64,000 nt of DNA from Amoebophrya sp. A120 (lineage: Eukaryota; Protista; Dinoflagellata), in assembly GCA_905178155.1 (NCBI GenBank), contig CAJINV010000008.1:868001-932000 (forward strand). The letters run 5' to 3'. Positions 26,578 to 37,130 of this stretch are shown here, one piece after another. The notes under the pieces were generated by a model that worked only from the letters and a program-made list of their open reading frames with translations, made no database searches and was not told the origin of the DNA. Made by a program: the position numbers and the translations under genes. Numbering within the stretch: position 1 is the stretch's first letter; every line of letters starts with the position of its first letter.

Positions 26578-29218
26578 CGGAGCTGCGCGTGGCTACGGCG
26601 ACGAGTTTCTTTTGGAAGGTTGCAGTACTTTGATTGCGAAAATAAAAAAGCAGCATCATGTTTGTATGTAGGCATGATAGCATGTGAGCAGCTGCAGTAA
26701 CAAGAAGTAGCACTACCACTAATTTCTACCATGGAACAAGAGCTGATCACTCACAAAAAGTGTCTGTTTATCCATAACAGCGTAATATAGTTCTGGCACG
26801 CAGTTTTGCTTCTTTTTTTCTGGCTTTTGAGCTTATTTCATATTTAACTCATGTTCATCACTTAAATTTATCCCTCTATGCCGCTTTTATGACTTCATCT
26901 ATATTCCTTTTGTAAGTAATTTCTATGAAAAAAAACGTTTCTTTCAATATGTCACAACTCTGTCGCGCTCGCCAATCTTGGGATGAAGTTACACTACGCG
27001 AACGTGTAGCTACCCAATTCATCCTTCCGCCGAAGAGGCGCTAAGGCGTTCTGGGTTCAGTGGTAAGTCTGCCAGTTTCAAGAGCCGAGACTTTTGACTT
27101 CAAGCAATCGCGTCGTTGAACAAAGTATTGTACAAGCATAGTTCCTAATCGTATCGTAACGTCAGACTAAGACAAATTGTTCTTCTTGGTTTCTATGCTG
27201 ATTCCATTGTGCCCAGGCGAGAGTCTGTGGAGTGGAACTTCTGTGGCTGGACAAGCCGCCTTCGAGACAGTTGTTGCAGTACTTGTTTCATCTCTTCTTT
27301 GGGCAGGACTGAACATGTGACAGAAAGCGTTTGAAATATTCATTTTCATACATTGTGTGACAAAATGTGCGCAACCTTCGCACAGAAGGTCCGCACAAGA
27401 TTTTGCCAAACGCTTGTCTGACCAAACTAAACACGAAGATGATCCGTGAAATACTGAATTGGCTTTTTGCAGCCAACATTCTTACTGCCCGCTCAGCTAA
27501 GGTGTGGCATAGCGTTGTTCATATCTAATGCACCCGTCGCACGAGGCTGAGGCACAAATATAGAGGTTGAGTATCGTCATCTTTGGTTGCCTCTGCGTGT
27601 TGGACGCCCTTTTCGTGTGAACTACCTCGTGTGGCGGGCCTAACATGAAAAAAAAGTATCTTATGAGTACCTACAAGGAAGTGCGTGTCGTTCTCGTTGC
27701 AACATGATAGTGCTCGTGTCTGATGATCCGCATGCAGTTGTTCCGGCTGGTATTCATATCCGACTTCTTTTTTGGTGCACATAGACATACAACAATATTT
27801 GGACGATCGAGAACAAGATCCAAGCGCTTTTCATACTGGGAGATTTGTTTTTCACAAACTGAAACGTGAATCATCTTGTACTGGCTCTGCTTCTACTGGC
27901 TGGGCTGCACCAGCATATAGTGATCTCTTTCTGTCGTGGTAAAATGTGCATGTACCGAGACGCGGATTCGCACACGAATATTCCATTTTTAGGTATGATC
28001 GATCGGAAGTCAGTAGTCCTTAGGACCAAAAGTGCCCCGCCGTCACTAGCTGAAGGATCAAGAAGATTGATAGCAACGATAGAGCACAGCTTCAGTTCTG
28101 AAGGCGTGGAAAGACCGAGATCTCTATAACTGGCACTGGTTAGTACGACGTGGATGACCAATGTTTTTAAGTAGTCTTTTATGATACATACTTGTGAGAA
28201 GTCATGGATGACTGCAACTGCTTTTTTGTTTGTACCGTAAGTAATTGGAATTGCGATCCGTTTTTCCACAGCAAAAAGCGCAAGGATTGACTCACTTGAT
28301 ACAGATGTCTTTGTTTTTTCCTGTACAAGAGAAAGTGAACGAAAAAGTAGTCTTGTTTTTGTTCGTGTTAATGATAGAAAATATTCAACTCTGAAAATAC
28401 TTATTTATCGAAACAAAACTTTTCAAAGCTCCTCCTCTGTAGTTGGAGTAACCCATTCAAATTAGAGAATCGCTATAGAAGAAGCCAAGAAGAACACTCT
28501 GAGTACCGTATTTGATCATATAAAGCCCTTCAATTTCAATATCAAGACGCACGAGGTACTTTATCAAGTTCAGTATCAGAAAGAACGTATGGAGAAATCT
28601 TTCTATCGGGTTTCTTTTTTGTAAAAAAAAAAGAACACAACTAAGGATAAAAATAAAATTAGAAGTGTACAACCACTTCTACCATCTGCGGACTTCGAGA
28701 ACCAGAGGACGGGAATTCCAGTCTACTAGAGGACATCTGCACCAAGAAGCCAACTATCCGACTTTCCTCAAATGGGTGACAACTTTGATCCTCTATGATA
28801 CGCATAACTACAAAACTAACATTGGAGTTTTTCGGACGTAAATTATCATCTCGAATTCCGGCCCTTTCAGTTTCAGCGACGACCGAAAGGCGTTTGCTTT
28901 TATTCTCGCAGCAACATATTCAAAGAAAGCTTTCCGCAGCGCCCGAGCGAGGAGCTTGTGTCTGCTACAACCAACACACTTTTATTTCCACCGCTTCTTG
29001 CCCGACGGCGTACGAGTTACTAGTCGGAGACAGTATTTAACGACACCCTAAGAAAAACATCGAGCAAAAGAAAGCGGCACCGCTGTTCTGGCACATCATC
29101 TGTGTGGGTACTACTACCAGCAGCAGTTTAAATACGACAAACGTTTCCGGGTCCTGATTTTTCGACGCTACAGCTGCGACGGAAAATCAATCGACAGCGA
29201 TTCTTTTCGCGGGAGGTC

Positions 29219-32200
29219 ATGTCGTTGAACGGAAACGGAGAGGCCGCGACCTTGACTCATCTGCTGAAGCTGGATCCTACTAAGTCTGAGTCCCCGACCT
29301 TTGCCGGCGATTTGACGCACAGCACCTGCTGCAACTCGAATCGGGTAAACGCCAAGTGGCAGTCCGGGTAAGGAATGATGACGCAACTAGTAGTATTTCT
29401 GCAAGCTGCATGATCATGATTTAAGCGGAGCTGGTGTTCTTCATAAGATCTTTGCTATAATTTTCGTAAAATTAAAAAAACAGGTTACTCGGCGACCACG
29501 ACACAGGTCTGGGAACTGGCTCCTTGGAGGAGGTCCCGGACAGTAGCGTCCATTCCCAACTGGTACCGGGATTACTTTCCGGAAACCTCGGCGATTCCTC
29601 CGGCGGCTCCTCTTCGCTGAGCAGCGTCGGCTCCTGCGTTTCTACCCCAGCGGAATTGGTCCGCGATTTTCTGCCATCCGGGGTGCCCTCGGTGCTCGCG
29701 ATGCAACAACAGAGTCCTGTGATTACATCGCCGCCACCATATCCTCTCGAGAAACACCGCTGAGCTACCCTTTTCCATAGTTTCGGTGTGAACGGACGTG
29801 ACGTTTTGTCATGACTTGACTGTGTACTAGGAACGTGTCGCATGCGTCTCTGCATGATCGATGATAGGCAGTTTGCATGTTGGAATTCATCATGCAGCAT
29901 TTTGCCGCCTGGAACTGTGCCTCACATCAGGATCAGTCATCTGGTTCATCATGGAGAAGTGATTCTGTGATGCGGCCAGCCTAATATAGGTCACTTAGTT
30001 CCGTTAGTGGACTTCTTCAACTTCGCAGAGTTAATTTCTTGAGTTGATGTGGACTGACAAGTCGCACCTTTTAGCTGTGTGAAGGGGACTTTTTCGTCCA
30101 GGATAAGCCACCACCACCGCCGGTATCAAATGCAAAAATGTCTGGGTCTGGGAGATTCCGAGATTTGTCATGCAGTTTTTTCAAGGTCCCCCACGTCTGT
30201 AATGCCGGGCCTAGCATCACAGGTTCTGCAGCTCCTTGGTGATGCGTATTCTGCATGAGAAATGCCCTGTCGGCATGGCCAGAAGTGGGCATCTTTTGCA
30301 CGTTCTGCATCACAAATCTTTGCAGGATCCGAAACACGCATCACAAGTTCGGATCCTTCCAGACCCAGACATTTTTGCATTTGATAGCCGGAGGACGAAG
30401 ACGAAAACGATGAGGTGCCGCCGCCGCCGCCCTATCATTTGTAAAAACGTCCCCACCCCATAGTTGTCATGCAATTCTGCATGCCAAGAAAGTTTCTCAT
30501 GCGGAGCCCTATGAGAAGCATTTGCTGTTCGTGTTTTGGAATTTGTGATGCTAGAATCAGCATGCTATTCTAGATCTGTGATGCTTCTGAACTAGCAAAA
30601 AAGGATTACACTACGAGGACAAACTTGTCATGCCAAACAACCAAAGCTGCTTGATTTTTCTAGCAGATTTCCCATCTTGACTCTGGTGTGGGGACGTTTT
30701 TACTCAGGATACGCCCCCGGAGCTAATCAGTCTCGACGGGATTGACGGTCTAACGTTACCCTCCGTGGGTGCTGCGGGCGCAGGCGGTTCTTGCAACAGT
30801 AGTCGGCTGCCGCGGGCCATCAGTCTCGTGGACAGCTTGCAGTTCAATGGTGCGGCGGGTGGCGGAGGTGGAGGTGCAGTCGTGCCGCGACCACAGCACG
30901 GAGGTGCACCCGCTGCACCCCAGCAGCACCACCGGGGCGGACCACGGGCCGGCGCTCCGTCCGCGGGAACAACCCCGCAGCTCTGCTACGTGCAGCCAGG
31001 CTTTCGTGTGCAACCAGGCTACCGTGTGCATGAGATTAACGGGCAGCTGTACATGGAAGTTCCGCAGGATCAGGTTAGGTGCGACGAATCCGGAGCAGTC
31101 CATTGGTACAATCCAGCAAACGCAGCACGAGGAGTTTATGGCCTTCTCAAACGTTACATTCTCAACTGTTACATGAATTCGTGATCATGCAAGAACGGCA
31201 AAACTAAAAAGGGTGACCTTGCGCGTATTGCGTGACAGATTCGGCGCAGATTCTCAGCCTGTTTGGCTCTTCAAGAATTTGTCATGCGAAGCAGCTTGAT
31301 CGTGTCAATTCTGATTGTAATTTTGCATGACAAATCATGTAACAGCTGAGAATGTAACATTTGAGAACGCCATAGAGTTCCGATTGGCCTCAATGCGGCC
31401 AATGGAGGTACTAGCACAACTGCCAGCGCAGGAGCAGCAGGGGCGATGGTTACAACCGTGCCCGGTGACCAACATCATCTCCACGGGCATGGCTCTGGGG
31501 CCACGAGTCTTGTTGTCCAGCACCTGCCTCCTTCTGGCGCTTTTTCTGCGGGTGCTGTAGTTTCTGCGACCGCGAATACGATTGGGACGCACCCGCTCAT
31601 CGACCAACAAAACACGACGGGGTCGCAAACGACTGGCTGCACCAGGGAAAAGCACATCAAGAAGCACTTGGATCTAATAAACAACAAATACGGCGAGCAG
31701 GCGAATAAATCTGTGGCTACAACGACGTCGGCGGGTCCGTCAGTCACGAGTGGAACGGAGGTGAATGGTATGATGGTGTATGACAATGTCAGCGATCCGG
31801 TGGCCCACGTTAACACCTTCTCTTCCAACCAGGCATTCAGTTCGGGCTATTTGAACCTAGTTGAAAATGCGAATCATGCCACCAGTACTGCCACGCCTGT
31901 GCGCACAAGCGGCGTCCCGGCGGATGGGCCGTCTCAGCGCATGTCGGAACGGAGCTCCCTTGCAGCCGACCCGGTATGTGAAAAAATATGCCCGTTTTTC
32001 GTTTTCCTTTTCCCGTAAAACATAAAGTAAAAGAACCCGTTTTTCCTAGTAGACGTATCTTGAAATCCAAATCCAGAGAATCAAATGAAAATCCCAGCAC
32101 CAGTCACAGCCACTCGAAGCGAAGATGCTGTCCGTGACAACTTCTTCTGGAACTACCGCTGGAAACCTGCAAGAGAAGATACTTTCGGCGCAAGAAGAGT

Positions 32201-34468
32201 CGTACTACAAGAACCGCGTTCTGACTGACGAGATGAAAGAGAAAGGCCTGGTCCTGGAATCGTCGAATGTCGATGTCGGTATTTTAGCTCAGCTTTTCCC
32301 GGACCTGGACTTGAACAGTCTGCGGAAGCCCGCGCCGCCGTCCGCCCCCGAACAAGGCAACAGTGCGAGCCTGCTTCTTCTGCCCCAGAGTGTCGCGTCC
32401 GCTCCGGTAATGAGTCGCGCCTCAAGTTCTTGCGACCAAACGTCACTCGACAAAACCATGAGCTTGAACTTGCGGAACACGTCCAAGACGGCAGCGAGTG
32501 TTTCCAAGAATCCATGCGTGCTCGGAAAGAAGATCATCCCCCCACAACCGCAAGTGCTACTTCCCCTTCCGAATGACCCGCCGCTGGATAGCCCGCAGTC
32601 CACCATAAGTACTACGACCGTGATCCACAACAGAGGCAGTGGGGGACTGTTGAACTCGGGAGAGCAAACGACGGCAAGCGCGTTACTGAGCACCAAGAAC
32701 GCGACTGCGACGACAACCACGTCTTCGAGCAACACCGCGGCCTCCACCTCGGAGCCGAGCACTACGACCGTCTCGAAATTGAACGCAAACGCCCAAGTCT
32801 GGGTACCGGGAGGCAGTGCGGGGTTGGGCGGAGCAGGCGTGCCAACAGCGCGCGGCAGCAACGTCAGCTCCTGCAACACGACGGTGGGAGCTGCTGCAAC
32901 AGGGTCTTCGTTCGGTGCGAGCACCACTGGAGTGGGGGACAACTTTTCTGCCCTGGAGGCCGGCTCTGGCACGAATAGCTTACAGCTGGAACTTGTTTCC
33001 GGAGGAACCAAAGACCAGCAGACGAGTGGCCGACAGAGCGGCTCTACCAGTGCTGGGAAGTTCGTCCGAAGCGTGCTGCACCGCGCGAGTTCAACGACCA
33101 CGGCCTCAGGTGGGCAATCCTTCGCAAATTTTCCCGCATCCACGAGTGGCATGGCGACGAGCCCCCCGAGCGATCTCCAGTCATCCGGTACCACCTTAGG
33201 GGCCTGCCCGCAAGGTATCACTGAGTAGTTAAGTAACATTAGCTTCGTTCGCGGGAGATAATGCGGATTTCTCTCTCTCCCATTACATTTACAATGAATT
33301 CATATTTCTAGATGTTCAGGCTAGCTGAAGCCCTACTGTGTTGGACTTCCGGCTGGCCACTGGATTGTCCTTCATAGGCCGCCGAGAGATTCGCTCGCCT
33401 CACTCGATTTTTTTCTTCATCCTTCTCCTTTTGCTTTTCCTTTCCAAAAAACTATGCATGTAGGGATCGCACGTGACAAGATGGGCGTCCGTCGCGGCCG
33501 CTTCTCCCAGGGTTTCAGGGTTTAGGTCGTTTAGGGTTCCTAGTTTGGATTTACAATGAATTCATATTTCTAGATGGTAGATTTCACTTGTTTGCATATA
33601 TGTTTTTTTCCGATCACGTTTACGCTGTTCCAGGAAGTTTTCAATGTACCTTTACTGCACACCAGCCGGACCTATGATGCGATATCCGTCGCGTCCAGGT
33701 TCCAAGAGCGGTCGTTTGATGCCGACGGCCTCGCGTGGAAAAACGTACGCCTACCCCCCGTCGACGCAGGGCGGAGGTTTTGGTCGAACGAGTACGTCTA
33801 CCTCCGTGTCAGGTGCTGCGCATCACCAGATGATGCTGACCAGTCAAGGAACAGCTGCTAGTACCACGACCCCGAAGTACGTTGGACCTTTACCTCCCGG
33901 CTCATCTCGGGGAGGTGGAGCTGCACGGGGTCAGCAGGCGGGTACTAGTACCCAGCCGTATAATTCATCCGGTGGTGGTGGTTCACATGCACAGCAGGCG
34001 CAGCACAATGCTTGTTACCTCAGTGGGCCGGTTGCGATGTATCCGCAGGAGGGAAGTAGTAAGAAACGCGGCACGGCGCTGATGCTCCAGCCGACAAGCT
34101 CAACCACATCGGGTGGAGCCTGTAGTTTCATGGGCTCGACGAATACTAGAAACGCCGGCTCTCTCGTGCCGTACGGAAACGGATACAGCGACGACAGTTG
34201 GGAGACGTGGTACGCCGAAAACCGGTGCTTTATTCCGCAGCCTGCGATGTTCTACGACCAGTACGATCAGCAAGTGGAGGCGGTCGAGAACTTGCCCCTC
34301 GGATGCCGCCAGTGGGGTCGAAAATTTTCAGCGAAAAAGACCGATAGCAAGAATTCCGACGGGGGTGCGGATTTTTCGGCATTTACCTGCAAGCAACACA
34401 TGATCCAGAACGTGCTCGACTCCGAGGATTGCAGCTTTTTGCAAAGCCTGTGGAAAAAGTATTTTTAA
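29219..34468 (+). CDS. Low-complexity S/T/G/P/Q-rich protein with a PAM2-like motif, multi-exon
   Basis: Exons 29219-29367, 29484-29739, 30111-30123, 30392-30432, 30717-31136, 31380-31973, ~32098-~33224 and 33634-34468 keep one frame. SKLNANAQVWVPG at 32773-32811. The ends of the last intron are uncertain, so the final exon could be a separate gene. Confidence 0.7.
29740..30105. mobile_element. Degenerate TIR introner (TATCCT ends)
   Basis: Ends tatcct...aggata. TSD cacca / agcca. Removal rejoins a poly-proline tract in frame. Contains ttgtcatg and ctgtgatgc motif variants. Confidence 0.78.
30124..30386. mobile_element. TIR introner (family D)
   Basis: Perfect 28-bp TIR identical to the ends of 21266-21518. 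TSD gccgg at 30119-30123 and 30387-30391. Confidence 0.97.
30433..30711. mobile_element. TIR introner (family B), inverted relative to the copy at 10971-11250
   Basis: TSD cgccc at 30428-30432 and 30712-30716. The internal sequence matches the reverse complement of 10971-11250. Confidence 0.95.
31137..31374. mobile_element. TIR introner (family G, TATGGC.TTCTCAAA)
   Basis: ~40-bp TIR with 3 mismatches. TSD gagtt at 31132-31136 and 31375-31379. Removal gives ARGV-PIGLN. Confidence 0.96.
33287..33576. repeat. 28-bp direct repeat flanking a 234-bp insert with degenerate TTTAGGG repeats
   Basis: atttacaatgaattcatatttctagatg at 33287-33314 and 33549-33576. agggtttcagggtttaggtcgtttagggtt at 33509-33538. 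Confidence 0.85.
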
Positions 34469-34580
34469 CACGGAAGATCTATAAATAAGTCTGTTGCTAA
34501 AAAAATGCTAATCACTGTGCTAGAGCTAGAAATTCGAATCGAAGTAGTCTAACTAAAGTTGGTACAGGTCGTCGTGTCTG

Positions 34581-37075
34581 CAGATTCTCTTCCTCCAGCT
34601 CGGTCGCTTTGGGGATCTTTGACTTGCGGCGTTTCTATAGCCAGTGAGGGCAATGCCAGTGTTGAGGGCCTCCCCCAGTGGGGAGAAGTTTGCGACACCA
34701 GGATGATAACAGTGAAGCCCCCCCCAGCGGGGGGGGAATTTGCGGTAAGTAGTAGAAAGCCGGCGAGGGAAATTCCAGCGGGGCCTCCCCCAGCAGGAGG
34801 GAGTGTGCGTTAGCGGGGGGCCAGCGAGGGCAAGGCTAGTGAGCGCCTCCCCCAGCGGGGGGATATTTGCAGCGTATTTTCCCCAGATTGGCCTTCTAGC
34901 AGCACTAGCTGCAGCAGCGTTCGTACTCTGTCAAGAGTTGCTGACTTCTCTCAGGGTTGGTCGTGTTTTGGGCAACTTAGCCTGACGAAGGGCGTTTTCG
35001 GTACGGGAACTTCTAGGTGGTGATTTGTTTTTGGCGTTGGGGCGCCGGTTACAACTAATAGAAGGGGATGCTCGGGTGCCTTCTGGTCTTAGTGAGCGCG
35101 ATGCTTCTTGTCGAGCCTCTCCCCAGAGGACCTCGTTGGTCTTAGAGGAACCAGACGGATTTTGCTTCCATTCGCGCTTCCGTAGATTCGCTTACTTTTG
35201 GAAAGAAGCAGTGTGTTTGCTTTGCGGGTAGAACAAGGTCTGGCGGACTATTGCCCATCGCTTTTGTACGGCTTTTGAACTCTTGCGGGTTCAGGGATTG
35301 ACTTGCTGACGTTTCAGGAAGGGCTCCAACAGGGTATGGATCGCCAGCTTGAGGCTGGTTGCTTTGATTGTACTGGCCACGGTTTGGCAGATCGCGCTAC
35401 ATTTTCAGGGGCAGCGGCTTTTCTCGGGTTTGCTTTGCGAAAGAGACCACCGGCGGGTGTCGTTTTGGATGTTGCAACAGCGTGTATCCCATCGGGAAGC
35501 GCGAAGCCTCTTACTCTTCCGGCCTCTTCTTGTTGGGCGTGCAAAGTACTCGACTGCCCACTTTTAGGCTGGGGCCTTTAAAGTAATTTTGTTACGGGCA
35601 GGCTTTCTCCGGGGGGCGCGCGCGGCTTGCGATGGTAGAGCCTACTCGTATATGTTGGCTTGTGGCTACCGGTTTCTTTTCGCAGACGCATGGCCACGCG
35701 GTTTCATTTGTGTGTGCTTTGATTTTGGGATTTCCTATGTCCAGTTGCGTTGCTGGTGTTTGGTCACTTCCTTGTCGAGCTCGTGTTCCGTCCTCTGCAC
35801 CGGGCGAGCTCTGCCCTACTTCGGTCCCGCCTTGCTGCGGGAACAGGGGTCGTTTGGCACTGGCGGTATCCAATCCGTTACCCTTGCGAACTTGTTCCCT
35901 GGAAGTGACGCATACTACTGGCGCGTTCCCTGGAAGTGACTGGCGGTATCCAATCCAATTCCTTACTACTGGAAGTGACGCGCGCTTTCGTGCGTCGCTT
36001 CAGATTCTCTTCCTCCAGCTCGGTCGCTTTGGGGATCTTTGACTTGCCTTTGGTACGATTGCGGAGCATGCAAGCTGATCTGGTAACCAAATGCGTGCGC
36101 GCGCGATATTGCTTTAGCAAACGCAGCGCGAAGGCAGTTGCCGTTACCATATAGGGCAACCGCCGGGAGGCGTGAAGGTCAGGGAAATGGCCAGAAATGA
36201 AGCGGGAGAAGGGAAAAAAAGCGGACCAGATGGCAAAATGAGGAGGAAGGCAAAAATGTCGCAAAAACGGCAAAAACCAAGCGGGAGAAGGTGAAAAAAG
36301 AGCATTTTTGCGGCTTGGCCCACTTGATATCTGAAAAAAAGACGGAGTATTTTTTGCTTCGCCCGCTGGGCAGCTGCGTTTGAGCAGCAGGTCCGCGACC
36401 TGTCCGGAAGCCTTGGGCCGCTTCGTAAGTGGAAAAAATTGCAAAAAAATTGGAAAAAATTGCGTCATACCGTGGGCGGAAGCAATCGTCGGATTTTGTG
36501 CAGATCGCCCGGGCCACTTGAAAACCAGAAAAAGAGAAAAAAATGCGCAAAAGCGCAATCCTTCCGCAGGCTTCAAAACTGCCAGCAATCTACGGGCGGC
36601 GAAAATGTCCAGAGCCCTTCGGCCGACTAAAAACCTGAAAAAAGAGCGAAAATTAAAAAAAATCGAGAACCCTCGGCAGGCTTACAAACTGGCCGCCGAG
36701 GGCGGTCCGGCGGGCGCGTGGTCGCGCCATACCCTCGAGATTGTGAAAAAAAAACCGTACTAGAAGCGGGCGGAGGCATGTCACAAAATCCTCATTTGGC
36801 CGGGGTTGTGGGCGCAAATCCTGCACCTCCGCCGCGTCTGAAATGGCCGACTTTGGTGGCCCGGAAGGGTTCGCGGGTTTTCGGCCTTCCACATACCTCC
36901 CGGGCCAGGGGGCCAGTTTGTCATGCAGAGGGCTAGAAAGGCAAAGGAGGCCCCGCTGCCGGCCACATACCTCCCGGGCCAGGGGGCCAGTTTGTCATTC
37001 TCTTCCTCCAGCTCGGTCGCTTTGGGGATCTTTGACTTGCCTTTGGTACTTACGATTTCGGAGCATACAAGTTGA
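34581..37075. repeat. Island with three copies of a 44-47 bp direct repeat separating two unrelated non-coding segments (probable mobile-element relics)
   Basis: attctcttcctccagctcggtcgctttggggatctttgacttgc at 34584-34627, 36004-36047 and 36997-37040. Copies 2 and 3 stay similar for about 30 bp further. No convincing ORF between the copies. Confidence 0.8.
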
Positions 37076-37130
37076 AACGCAATACAGGTATCGATCGGCC
37101 GCAGCAGGGCTGAGCAAGAGGGATCCCAAA

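Noticed and set aside
26580-29200. Short ORFs in the AT-richer spacer (also 1850-3600 and 55070-56350)
   Set aside because: They show no motifs or coding-like bias, so I treated them as UTR or intergenic DNA, although small exons cannot be excluded.
34628-36996. Autonomous transposase, reverse transcriptase or hammerhead ribozyme in the island
   Set aside because: The frames are short and stop-rich with no DDE or RT motif, and I saw no complete hammerhead core.
34581-37040. The three 44-47 bp repeats as a CRISPR array, spliced-leader gene or snRNA
   Set aside because: The spacers are about 1 kb, there are no cas genes, and I recognise no match to the dinoflagellate SL or to U snRNAs.
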